Assembly (NCBI GenBank): GCA_965153355.1
Contig: OZ231126.1
Location: forward strand, 34,844,001-34,908,000
Origin: Flaccisagitta enflata
Lineage: Eukaryota
DNA length: 64,000 nucleotides
Reading direction: 5' to 3'
Shown: positions 25,922-38,679 of the stretch, piece by piece
Layout: the number at the start of each line of letters is the position of its first letter
How positions within the stretch are numbered: position 1 is the first letter of the stretch
The notes under the pieces: generated by a model
The model's input: only the letters and a program-made list of their open reading frames with translations
Told to the model about the DNA's origin: nothing
Databases searched by the model: none
Made by a program: the position numbers and the translations under genes

Positions 25922-27221
25922 TCTCTTCTTTTTCCCCCTCCTCCTCATACCGCTTACATTCCGCCGATAATTTCGAATTGATGCAGATCATCGCCAATCC
26001 TGAATTACCATTTTTCCTCAGTCAGGGCTAATTTCAGGTCAGGGCGGAAATAGTCAACCTTCCATGGCCGAAAAACTTGCGTTCAAGCCGAAATTTCTGC
26101 TACAGGTGGAACCGGTTTAGACGGAATTTTCTAAAAAGAAAACTAAAGGGAATGAGTTGGGACTTAAGCTTATCATGCATTGGAGGCGGGTTTCCGCTCG
26201 TAACGGGTCCGTTGGAGCGGGATTCTACTGTAGTTTTTGTTGAAAAATTTGCATTTTTTGAAACTTTGGACCACCATAAATGTAAAACGGCTTAACTGAC
26301 AAGTGTGAAATTTTGGAATATGAATATTTGCATAAACATGAGTAACTTCAGCCAAAATGGAGGTGTGTGAAGGAAAATATACAATTTTATGCAAGCTCAA
26401 AAATAGCCAAAATGCCAATTTTGCTTGTTTTTGCTCTGACAAAGTAACTTTGAACGTCAATATCTCCACAACCGTTAGTCGCAGTGAGCTCAAATTTTAG
26501 GTGAAGTTAGGGTAGATAACAGGTAACAACTCCACCAAAATTGAAGATGATCGGATGACAGGAACAGTTTTTATTCAACTTCAAAAAATGGGTCATTTTC
26601 ACAAATTTTGAGAAAAAAATTTTTTTTCTAAGAGGGCTAGTTCAAAATTTTTTTTAGAAACTCTTAATTTGTTATTTATTTTATCAAAAAAAAACAATTA
26701 ACAAATTTTTTTATTTAAAAAAAAATTTTTTGACCAAAAAACGTCCTACATTGCATTTTGTGAAAAATTTAAAATTTCATAACTATATCAAAAATTCATT
26801 TTAAGAACTGAAATTTTGCACACTTATTAGTGAATCCTAAAACTACTACCACACCTAAAATCAAGGGATTTTGTTGGAAATCTTAGGAAATATCCCACTT
26901 TTTGTGTTTTTTGAGTTTTGGGTGCCATAGCCACAAAAATTGGCGGAAAATCCCCAACAAAAAATGAAATTTGTGTTAACGCATCTAACTAACATACATA
27001 TGAAAGATTTTTTTTTAGTGTGATTTTTGTGGTCAAAATCAGCCAAAAACAAAAAAAAAATTTTTGGACAAAAAAAATGAATTTGTTGGAATGGCTCCAA
27101 AACCTTAAACAACATAGTGCACCTATAGGTGCATTTTGTGGTAAAAAATTTGATCATGAATCCTAGCCGTTTTACAGATATGGCTTCCCTCCAGTTACCC
27201 AGTTCTTTGATTCTCGTACTG
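24193..27221. mobile_element. Foldback element with ~0.9-kb arms (Tc1/mariner-like CAGT end)
   Basis: 24193-~25075 inverted against ~26245-27221; splits a family-2 Helentron-like element whose tail resumes at 27222. Confidence 0.75.
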
Positions 27222-27455
27222 TATGTGAAAGCATAGGTCATTGACCCCTTCGGGGCCGCTGCCCAAAAGTGGGAAAATGAGCGTTTTAGATACTTGTTTG
27301 AATGTATGGATGGGAGTTGAATGTGGATGGTAGTTGGATGCCCCTGCCCACCCGTCCACAAATATATTGTGACCCAGCGTCACTTGTTTCATTATTCTCT
27401 CTCATTTCTTTGTGTTGGGTTTGACTGCTGCCATGACAAACCTCATCAACCATTG

Positions 27456-28054
27456 CACATAGATCTGTGAGCATATCATACCAAGACAAAACTATAAGGC
27501 AGTACCTAGAAATGATAGCTATGGTATAAACATGTCCTCTAGGTTTTTTAGATCACATCTATATAGGGTTTTGCCTCCGCCCTAATTCATCTAAGGACAT
27601 TTTTTTTGCTCAGAAAGTCATTAGGTTTGCTATTTTGAAGGCGCGAAATTGACAAAATCTTTTTCAGTTTAGATTGGAAATTTGCGGGGTTTTTTTGTTG
27701 GTCCTTCAAATCTTGGAGCAGGGTTAACAAATTTCACACAAGTCGTTTTCAATCCACCCTGAAGCTTTCCCAAAAAGTTCGTGTCTTCCCTTGCATTCTC
27801 AGTATCATTTTTGATGTCTAGAAAAGTAACAAATAAAATCAAAAACACATTTTTTGCAACATTTAATTTTGAGCGAAGTAATTAACTTCAACTTCAAGGA
27901 GGAAAATGAGGCTTTGGATGAGCTAGGGCGGGGGTAAAACCATATATTTTCTTGCTTTCAGTAAGCAACTGTACCAGTTTCTGCCCTTGTTATGAGTCCA
28001 AAGTGCTGCCTTAATTTTTCTTGTCCTGAGGTGCTGTGCTTTCAGACCATAGTG
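27456..28054 (-). mobile_element. Transib-like MITE, copy 1
   Basis: CACATAG...CATAGTG ends; 5-bp flanks CATTG/CATTC; reverse complement of 51461-52084. Confidence 0.75.
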
Positions 28055-30775
28055 CATTCCCTCGGCTCACCTACTATCTCTTACTGGTATTCTACAATTT
28101 ATCAGTGGAACTGAGTTTGTCAAAATGAAGCGCGACTCTAGCATGAAGCTATTTCGTTTTTTTTAACAACATTAGTGCTAAAAATTGATTTATCACTGCA
28201 GTAAATTCTATTCTTTTTTTCATCCATTTCTATGACAACCATCCATTTTACAGTAGAAATTTCTCTAGTGGAATACTCAAGCTAGGTAGGTAGGATGAAA
28301 GCAAAACTTATGATATGTGCATCCGTCATGTTTAATGATCATTTGCTAAATCTATTTTGCATTAAAAGTAAATAAAAATGAAATATATAAAAACTGTAAA
28401 GAAATAAAAAAAAATATGCAACAGTGGTAAAATCTGAATTTAAAAAATGAAAAACTAAAAAAATATGTCTTCTTTAAAACTGCTTTTGTTATGCTTGGAA
28501 GATCAGCAATTTTCAAACATGCAAACAAAATGTCACTTTGTTAAAAAGAATCATTGGGGAAAAGGTCCCACACTCGTTGCCTAGATAACCTCCTTATTCA
28601 CTAACTGATAGGTTCATCAGATCTTTTTTTCATAATTTGTTTTTTCCTAAACGGAAAAGAGAAAAGTTAGGAACGCTGTCCTAATGGTGAAGAACAATAT
28701 GCTAATTTGGAATTTTAATTGTGAGCTCGATTGGGCAAGTATTTCTAATTTTAAAGCGCCGGGACTAAATACAGAAAGGAAACTGAATTCATTATCTTTT
28801 TATTTCAGTGAATTGATATACTTCTTATAACTGAAAAGTCAGTTATAGCATTCAAGCTGAACCTATATTACAAATGCAGTGTAAGGTGAACTAAATTGGA
28901 GCCCATTTTTGATAGCCAGAAGTATATAATCTTAGCACTATTTTTATACTATTTCAACCAAAATATTACTATATAGGGAGTATATGGGAAGAAAAGAGTC
29001 AAATGTGGTTCAGCCACTGAGGGAAAAATCAAAGGACAGGAGCAGGAAAAATGAGGAGTTGTGTTATACACTGAATATTAGTTAAGTTCATGTTTTTAGT
29101 CGCGTGCCACGCGACTCTACACCCCGCTTTGTCGGTCTGTTGGTTCATCTGTTGGTCCGTCTGTTGGTTTGTTGGTCCCTCCGTCACACTTAACTTTTTT
29201 GTGTTTTTTTTTTTTTTTTGGTCTTTGGCCTTACTGCTCCAGCCCAAATGAAAAAGTGACCTCTAATACAGCCGCTGCCCACCCGCATGCGACTGGGGTA
29301 GCCGTGTATCCGGCCTTGTTATACTTCAGACAGTGATTGTTAGACAAAAATTGAGCTTTAACGTTAATCTTCGTTCATTTCCGCTGGCTTTCTTCTGACT
29401 CGATAACCGAAGTTGTCTTGCAGAGTGCTATTGTCCATACAAGACTTTCAAGCCACTTCTAACCACCTACATTTTAAGTTAACATTGATTGGTTCATAAA
29501 GGGTTACATCCTGCGATAAAGGATCTCAAAGGAACGACCGATTCCATTTTCAATTGACAAACTTGATTAATTTTCAATGTATATATTAACAAGGCCAACA
29601 CCTATCAGTCGCGTACGGGACATAGATAAGTTAAGATGATTTTTATAGACTCCAGATGACTTAAAATGACTCAAGACGACTTTAAATAACTTAAAAAGAC
29701 ATAAAATGACCGACCTATAAAATGACTTTGACCTATTTGACAAAAGTGACTTAACATATCTTAGAATGACTTAGAATGACTTAGAATGACTTAGAATGAC
29801 TTAGAATGACTAGAAATAACTTAAAGCATAATAAAAAAGTATAGTGTGATGGACGGACCAACGGGTTCTCGAATGTCGAGTCGCGTGCACGCGACTTAAA
29901 AAATAAAGAAGATTTTCAAAATTGCGTGAGTTTCAATGAAAAAGAAAGATGCATGGTCACGAATTTAGTCATGAAAGTGAAAAATGCAGAACATGTGACG
30001 CGTTTCACTATTTAGCTCATCAAGAGACGTCTGTAACAGCATAAAAATGAGGAAATTAGTGTAAAATGTAGAAAACAAAATACTAAAACGAAAATGGTGG
30101 ATATACACTGTCATTAAAGAAGCCTTAACTTCATAAATGATCCAGTATCAAGAGACAGAGTTCATCCATTAGAATTTGAAGAAGAATCAATTTGAGAGAC
30201 CTCTCTTAGCCTTGATCTTCAAATCTTAGCCTCCAAGCTCAAAACCAACACCACTTGCTTCAATCCCAACTGTAGTTGTTTAGACGTCTTGCCTTGCAAT
30301 CTGGCCTGTGTAACTGCCATAATGCAGTTATTCGTCATCTTTACAATTTTTGTTTGCTTGTATTTATTACCACATTCTATGTGTTGCAAATGAAAGATCC
30401 ATCATCATCAGCAAAAACTTGTTTCACTGCAAGAGCTTAGGATTGGGGTAATACCCTTCACTTCCACAATTTTTTAGGTCAAGCGTTTTTTCAATTTTCA
30501 AGCAGAAGAAAAGACAGAAAATAATTGTTGACGGTTTCCTCGGTAAGCTCTTTTATTGCTCTTTTTCTTTATTTTTTTCGGCAGACTTTTCTATGTATAG
30601 TTTTCTTAAAAACTCATAGAAGAGCTATGTTTACCAAAAAAGTTGAGGCTCAGAATACCATGGAAACCACCGGCCAAAACTATCTCCAATGAAAATGACT
30701 GTGGAAGAAATTTCTCTCACAACTACAGCATTGATAACAAAGTGTCTAGATCAAGTTCAAATTGATTACGCAATA

Positions 30776-32148
30776 GGCAATTTCTCCTATAAACTGGGCC
30801 GGCCAAAATCAAGCACCTGATTGAGTCAACATTCAAAAAAATAACATAATTCAATGATAGTTGCATCTATCAGCTTGAAATTTTGGTTGCAGGCTCAGAA
30901 TTTGATACTCTTTCAAGTCATAATGAAAAAATCACTTGAAGTCTTGAACTGTGTTCAATTATATAAATTTTTGTGAGAAACAGTGCGACATAGTGTGAGA
31001 AAGTGTTAACTCGATAGGACACTTTCTTAAAAGAATCGATATCTCCGGCTAGAAATGACATAAAGTTCTGAAATTTGGCATGTAACCTGGGTTATGTCTT
31101 TACTTGACAAGGGGAAAAAAATCTTAACATCATACTTAAAAATATATTTTTGTTAATGTGTTGTATATTACTGTATCAAGATGAGATATTTATTCATTTT
31201 TAACAAATCAACTATAAACGAAATTTTTGCATAGTAAATGTTCATCAGTCACCATCAAATTTTTGATACTTCTTTAGGGATAGCAATGGTACAAAAATGA
31301 CCTATTGTTGGAAAGGCTTGACAATTTTTTGATGTTTTTATCATAGTAGATATGAAGTGTGACACAAGTGTGACAGGGAAAATAGGCTGTTTTGGCTCTA
31401 CTTTTGGCCACCTAACCTATAAAAATCATGAGTCTGAAGGATGTATGTTGAGCACTTTGTCCCAAGGGATGTCTAAGAACAGCTTTCATAGTGCACTTCA
31501 AGCGCATTTGGATGAGTCCTGACATAGAGTCAAAAACATTAGCAAACAGTGCTCTTTTGTTTATTCTGTAGCATAGAACCCTTATGATTAAAGTCTGTAC
31601 AGGTAGCCCTCTACATTGAACAGACAAAAGGTCTTATTTTGGGGATATGGATGGGGTACAGTGAGTCTGTTTTTTGAAAGAAAAAATGCTGAAAAAAATG
31701 CTTCATACACGTTTTATTCAGTTACAGCTCCCTGGCAGCAAGGATTTTTCTCATTTTTGCCTTAAATGCTTATCATTATGTTGTATCACTAAAAAACAAG
31801 TGGTGGTGATACCAGTTGGCCTATTTTACAAAATAATGAAGATCAATGTTGAGATGGTCATTTCTATCCTTTTACATAATCTTGCAGCCTAATCACCACT
31901 GGCTACTAGAAACCCTAAATTGCCAATTGGAGTTCAAATGTGAAGTATAATAGTAGCTAGGGGGAGTGTCATTATGAGTTTTCTTTGAAAAAATGAGCAA
32001 TTTTGGCTAAAAACCTGGAAAACCTATTATTTATTGATTTTGCTGTTGTGCACCCTTCATCATTGAAAGAATGATTGGTGAAAAAAAAACTGTTTTTTTG
32101 CCGCCAAATCATGTTTTTCAGCCGGCCCACTTTATAGGAGAAATTGCC
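30776..32148. mobile_element. TIR element with 4-bp TSD, superfamily uncertain
   Basis: 28-bp TIR GGCAATTTCTCCTATAAASTGGGCCGGC; AATA on both flanks. Confidence 0.7.
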
Positions 32149-32508
32149 AATAAGATTTCACTTCAATGACGTAAGTGGATTATGGAGTGCTTAAAAAATA
32201 CCCTCTCTTCAAAAAACTCAAAATATGCCCGGCCTATTATAGAATCAATGAACAAGCATTTCTTGTTTCTACTAACTCTTTTTAGGTGCGCCAACGCACC
32301 TCATTATTTGGCTGTGTCCGCTGGTCGGTCAGTCGGTAACGCAAACGTTTCACAATTCGGCTCACCCATGTGGTCTACTTGGCCTTGTTCATTTTATGTT
32401 TTCCGTTTTTGTCAAATGTGTATCCAACATCTGATGTTGTCCAACAGTAGGTAGTTAGCTGACGCCTCTGGTGTCGCCACTTATACATCAAAATTACTGT
32501 TTTCTCAG

Positions 32509-32616
32509 GAAATGTTTGGCTTGGGAAACGTTTTTCCCTTAGGAAGGACTTGTTTGCCATACAATCAAGAATGGGCTATTGCCCGCAATTTGATGCAATC
32601 CTGCCACTCATGACAG
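32509..32616 (+). CDS. ABCA transporter exon 3 (Q-loop)
   Basis: Acceptor ttttctcag, donor CAG|gtacgt, phase 1-1. (G)NVWLGKRFSLRKDLFAIQSRMGYCPQFDAILPLMT(G). Not shown in the ORF track in this frame. Confidence 0.95.
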
Positions 32617-32793
32617 GTACGTGTGTTCGGATATGCGACTGATCACATGAGTTTTTAGTCATGGACACGCGACTCTACACCTTGCCGTGTCAGTTTGTCC
32701 GTCCGTCCAAAACATTTCTAAAATTGCGTGCAGTTTTTGCATCATCGCACAAAGGGCCACGGATTGCGCTAGATGGCTCCTTGGGTATATGGG

Positions 32794-33431
32794 TGTAAAG
32801 TAGCTGCAGTGAGATGGAAATATCCTGACCGACGGCCCTACTGATACGACAACATAATATCACGATGTAACATTGTATTCTGAGAAATGGGAAATGGGGA
32901 TGGGAGAGAGATTAAAGAAAACGATAATGATGATGATGATAAGATGTGATTGCAATTTAACGTCTTTGTCTTCTGTCTTTGTCGTCTATCTTTGTCTTCT
33001 GTCTTTGTCTTCTGTCTTTGTCTTCTGTCTTTGTCGTCTGTCTTTGTCTCCTGTCTTTGTCTCCTGTCTTAGTCTTCTGTCTTTGTCTTCCTCCGTCATC
33101 ATCCTTGTTGTTCCTCTGTCATGTCTCTGTCAGTCCTTTATCATGTCTCACCAAAAACGGTCTTGGACTGACGGACACGTCGCCAGTATATTTCCTCTGA
33201 CTGATTTCTTCTTCTCCGCAGATCTATTTTCTTCTCTGCCAATTTTCTATTTTCTTCTCTGTAAATCTATTCTCTTCTCTGGATCCGCTCCGAGCGTCTA
33301 TCGCCGGCTTAATGGCTAAGAGCTTTGCGTAGCTCTATTTGAAAATCTCTCTCTCTGCAACTACTGTCTAATCCAGGACCGATTGGTCTTATGTCCAGTA
33401 ATGCTCCGACAGAGGCTAACCTTCGTTTACA
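32794..33431 (-). repeat. 3' LTR of the BEL/Pao element
   Basis: 638 bp, TG...CA, highly similar to 38680-39311 with scattered substitutions and indels; internal TCTTCTGTCTTTG-type repeats. Confidence 0.92.
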
Positions 33432-34923
33432 CCCCCGTCGAAACCTTGTTTCTTTCAGAATGTTAGCCGAGTCCCATGGCTTGTCTATCTATATTACATC
33501 TTTGCATAGATGGATGTTTTATCTCCTCCCATCTTGAAACAATGAGTGAAGCTTAAAAAAACATTTATTTTTTAAGCCAGTATCCCACAGCTTATCGAGT
33601 TTCTCACTTTGTCGTAATTGCAATTATCGACTGACGCCGACTAATCTCCTGTTCTCTTTTCATTTATTTATTTTTTTTGTCAGCAAAAAATATCCATCTG
33701 TCTTGACTTGGCTTCCTTCGCTTATCTATCAAATATCGCCATAGCGCTAAGCTGGGAATCCAAGAGCTTGATATTGCGTCAGCTAATTTGCATATTGCTG
33801 TAGTCGCTGTTAGTGATCTTCATCACTAAGCCCGTGATTGAAACGTAATTTGACTTTGTATAAATTGATATGGTCTGCTCACGCAGTCTTGGACATCTTC
33901 CTCTCCGTTGTTTACTTATCATCTTCTTTCTCTTTGCTGCACTGCAAAAAGGATTATCTTGCCTATCCTGGCATTGACATGTCTTGTCACAATCCTGTCT
34001 CATCGCATAGCATATTCTGTCAATGGCATAATCTGTCACTGGTGTGATCTGTCACCGGCGTAGTCTGTCACCGGCTTACAAGGTAAACGTAATGGATCTC
34101 TGCAAACGCGGAATGGATAATTGAACCTCTGCAAACGCAGAATAAGCCTAGTTTCTATAAATGCCAAATGAACAAATATAACATCGAACCACGTCATTGA
34201 GTCCAGTCCTGATCACTAATCTTCTTCCTTTCCTCCGATCTTCCAAAGGGCAACCGCCGCCCTAGCAGTATTTCATTCCCCCGCCGTATTGGCAACCATT
34301 AGGGAGCAAATTCCTTATGTTCTATTCCGCATCTATGCGACATAAAAACATTTAATTTCTTATTGTCGCTGTATAATGAAGCAAATGCCTAGTGTGCATT
34401 TGCGCTGCTACCACTTTCAACCGAGATTATGGTCGAGTAACACAAAATTATTCGAATAACATCCCACACGCTAATCATGTGTTTCGTCCTTTCTTCTCCC
34501 TCTGCTTTAGTCTTCTCTTCTTCCGTTTCCTTTCTCCTCTCTCTCTTCTTCTGTCCGTCTTTCTTTCTCTCTTGCGGCTTTGCGTCGCTCAAACTGAAGG
34601 TATTGACCTTTTATTCTTCCTTCAGTCACGTGACTCCTTGTGACGTCACTTTCTCCGCTTGCGCTGCCTGGAGAGTTTTCAGCATCTCCTTCATCAATCG
34701 TTAATGTAATGCACTTTATTTTTCTTTGTCGCATTTCCTCATGGGTTCTGTCGCTTTCTTACCCCGCCGTCTTTGCTCATCTTGATCTTTTGCTCATTTT
34801 CAGCAAAAATAATTTGCCGCCTCTCCTATTGGAGCATCCTTGTCTGTTTAACAACAAACATCATACAGTGACCAATGAATGCCTATTTTGTGCTTTGCAC
34901 GCCATCGCTAATGAAAGTAACAC

Positions 34924-36856
34924 TTAATTACCGCCCCCGCCATTCATGCATCTTGTGCTAGACCTTCGATAGAGCGTCTTGCTAGCTGTATTTACAACAT
35001 TTTTATACAGTGTTAAACGGGATTTGTCTCTTAGCACCCCATTTGCCAGGATGACTGTCCCGATTGCATCATGCATGGCTGTGCTGTGTGACTGGCCGCA
35101 CCTTCGGCATGGTTGCTTGAACCAACACCTTTCAGTCTTGTGCTTCCTTGTACATTTGAGGCATCTTTCAACGCTGATCAAGTAGTCGATGTTTTCGTCT
35201 GACTTCAGATCTCTGAATCGGCTGCATTGATCTAAAAAATGTCCCTTTGCACTCAAAGGACATTTTGTGATTCAACTTTCCTGTACTATTGCAGCCGTTT
35301 CCCCCGCCATTTCTGATATATTTGCCGACGCTGCATATAGACTAAATTCTGTGTCGTCTAATTCTGTTGCTTCATCTACACTGTCAGCGTATTCTTGCAA
35401 CAGCTCTGTTGCCTTCATGTTCAACAGCAGGAAGCTCAATAGATCCTCAAATTTGGGCTTCTTCAGTCCTCTTTTTGTTAAGTGCCATGCCCACTTATTC
35501 CGTAGGAAAGGTAACTTTGATGCCAGCACCTTTTTGTATATTGCATCTCTGTTGAAATCAGTGTCCCTGTCTGTCTCGACTGCCAGCGTGTACACTTCCT
35601 CAAGCATTAGCATGAACTCACAAATCGCCTCTTGTTCCTGCGCTTCAATAGTATCTCCCTCTAGAATGATGGCCAGCATGTCCTCGGCTGTATCTCTTTT
35701 TTCTCGGTACTCCTTCCTTAGCCTTGCCACTGCTTCGCTGAAAGCTGTCTCAGCGTCGTCTCTTCTCATGTAGCTTGCCACCCTCAGGTAGGCTGTCGAC
35801 CCAAACCAGTATTTCATTTCCACTAACTTGTCTCAAAACGCCAATCCTTCAATTTCTAATGTTCTCAAAAACATGCGCAAGTGGCTTTCAAAGTCCACCC
35901 GCTTTCCTCACCCCTCAAATTTCATATCAGGTATTTTCCTCTCAACCACTTTCAGTGCCTCAAGTCTTGAGGGGGGTGGGTACTGTCTCCTCTCCTCTCT
36001 TAGCTGTTCTCTATTGCTCTCTGAGGCTTGTACCGCGGCTATTGCTGCTCTTGCCATTTTTGCCATTTTTTCCTCTTCAGTACTTCCCCCTGCTCTTGTC
36101 TCGTGCTCTCTGTTGCCCCTCTCGCCATTCTGTTTTCCTCTGCTTCTGGAGGAGGCGCTCTCTCTTGGGCTCTTCCTATCTCCTCTGCTTTTCTTTGCTT
36201 CTTCGGCGGTATTGCAAAAGAGCCGTTGTTGCCAGTGCTGCTGCTGTCTGCTTCTTGGGCCTTCTGCAACTTGTTCTGGTGCACTTTTTTGCTTTCGCGC
36301 CTTTCCTCTGCCTTTTCTCTCTTGTCTCTTTCATATCTGTCTCTCTTATTCTGCCATTTTTCTTTTTTCTGCCTCGTTTCTTCTTCTAGATCTTCAATCT
36401 CTTCCCTTCTCGCCCTCATGTCTCTTTCATGCCTGGACTGTTCAATCTTCCTGATCGATTCTTCCTTCTCTCCCTCCTATTCTCCTCCTCCACTCTGCTC
36501 GATGCCGAGGACCTAGACTTTTCCGTCTTTCCAGACCTAAAGCTTTTGGCTTCGGCCTCTCGTGATTGAGGCTTCTTTCCTCTCTTATTTCCCTCAAATC
36601 TTTCTTTCTTTTTCTGTATTTCCACTCTTTTGGCGGCCAACTTTCTTTCTAGATCCTCTACTTCGTCCTCTCTCGTCCTTATATCGCTGTCGTGTACGGA
36701 CTGTTCGATTCTATTGGCAGCCAGTTTGTCTTCCCTCTCTCGATTTATCTCTTGCTCCGCTCTGCTCGTGGCCGAGGACTTTCTGCTGCTTGACCCGTTT
36801 GACATTTTTGACCCATTGGCCTGGCTTTTTGCCTTCCCTTTCTCCTTTCCCGTCAA
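34924..36856 (-). pseudogene. Disrupted BEL/Pao gag
   Basis: Charged coiled-coil-like N-terminus with frameshifts, then IPDMKFEG*GKRVDFESHLRMF...KLVEMKYWF (BEL gag core-like) and the Cys/His array CPLSAKGH...C...CLKCTRKHKTERC...CRRCGQSHSTAMH; in-frame TGA at 35908-35910, 35833-35835, 35272-35274. Confidence 0.8.
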
Positions 36857-37379
36857 AACATCGAATGCGTTTCTCTTCTGTGCCTAGGGCCACGGCAGCC
36901 ATATTCATATGTCTTTTACGAAATGGGATCAAATTTACGTTTTTACCACCGATGTCAACTTAGTCGATGATTCTTTGCTCAATTTCTAGAACGAGCACTC
37001 TTGAAAGATGAAAACGTCATTTAAGTAGTGCAGAATAGACCAATAATAGCAAGGAAACAGATACAGTTTGTGCACAGAGACCTTTCAACATTACGCTTAC
37101 TCGTTCATTATTCACTATCATATCCATTCATTGGTTCACTCTTTCATTCATCTTACTACTAGTTCATTCAATCATCCTTTATTTGTTGCTCTTTGATCAA
37201 TCGGTTTCATCGTTTTTGTCAAGATCGCCCTCGTCATTTTAATCATTGTCCTCGTTGTCGTTGTTGTCGTCGGTTTGTCGTTGTCGTTGTTGTGGTCAAA
37301 GTCATTGTTGTCGTTGTTGTCCCCGGTGTGTCGTTGTCGTCGTTGTCATCGGTGTTTCATCGTTGGTGTGTCGTCATCG

Positions 37380-37423
<44 letters not shown>

Positions 37424-37619
37424 ATTATCAGTTTGATACGTTCAACCTCAACAGACTTTCATTGCAGAACAAGCGTCAGACATAAAAAAAAAGAAATGCT
37501 AAAAAAAAGTAAGAAAGAAATCAAAATCTGTTCAAACTTTTTAATCTTTTTCATTTTCTGTACGAGGCAATCGTAGAGATTGGTTTAAACAACGTATACC
37601 ATGTAAGGAGACATTTTTT

Positions 37620-38259
37620 TTATTCTACTTTGTCAATATGCCCGCCGTGGGGCATTTCCGCTTTCATCTTGAATTGGCCGTCTTTCTTCCTGGGCAGCGG
37701 CGAAGGCAGCTTCTTGAAACTTGGCTCTGTCGTTGACACTGGCAATGGGGATCTCAGATCTTGCCCCTTTTTTACTGGTGTCTTCTTTCCCATTCCCTTG
37801 GGCCAAGGCATCTGCTTTGTGGCTTTAGACCGGGTTGCGTAACCGTTCTCTTCGTCAATATCTTTTGGGATTCCTTCCCCCCTCTTCAAAGCCTTTCAAC
37901 TTTTTTCCAGCTCCCCGGGGTCCCTTTCCCCGACCTTTGTTCGGGTACGCCTCGTTTGCTTCCATCTGTGTTTGTTCTAGTCCCTCTGTGTCGAGACCGA
38001 CCCTCTTTGCCCTATTCTGTACTCTTGCCACGCCTTTCATCTCCTTGTACAAAGTGGCCTTGGCCTTATTTGCCAGATCCTTTTCTCTGTTTTTGCCTGT
38101 TTCCGTTGCTTGTTCTCTCGTCTTTTTCACACTGTCCATCTTTTTCTTGAGGCTCGTGATTGTCGCGTTCATCTCCTGCGCTATTTTCTGTTTCTCCGTT
38201 TCCTTCTCCTTTTCTTTGTGCGCCTTTGGCGACTTTCCCTCTTTTGTTTTATCGGGCAT
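37620..38259 (-). pseudogene. Lys-rich accessory ORF upstream of gag (one frameshift), unknown function
   Basis: ATG-initiated ORF 38259-37855 overlaps ORF 37889-37620; both are K/E/G-rich with similar composition and would join to about 210 aa. Confidence 0.5.
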
Positions 38260-38679
38260 CTTATCCAGCTCAATCGCGATCTAGTAACGACTTCTCACCT
38301 TATCTTGACTCAATCGAAATCTAGTCCAACTTCTCGCTTGAATGACTGGGCTCAATCGAGATCTTGACCCAACTTCTCGCCCTGCATGACTGATCTAATT
38401 GTTTCCTTTTCAGTCTGTGACTGTGAATGACTGATCTGATCTTAAATCAACCCGCCACCCTTCTCTATTCGTACGATGCCCAGACTAGTTGGACTTTCCA
38501 ACTCTCATAAGAGAGCAGCCTGAATTTAATCAGGTCTTCCCAACTCTCAGAGAGAGCGGCCAAAATTTAATCGGGACTTTCCAACTCTCAGAGAGAGCGG
38601 CCAAAATTTAATCGGGACTTTCCAATTGGAACTTAGCGTTACCATTGTCGTTCCGGCGTCCAATAGAGTTTTCGAATAC

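Noticed and set aside
30150-30350. Cys-containing peptide-like frame (TCFNPNCSCLDVL)
   Set aside because: Short, interrupted by a stop, no recognisable family or splice context.
35267-36963. Long + strand ORFs (168-208 aa) over the retroelement
   Set aside because: Leu/Ser/Phe-rich antisense shadows of the purine-rich gag frame.
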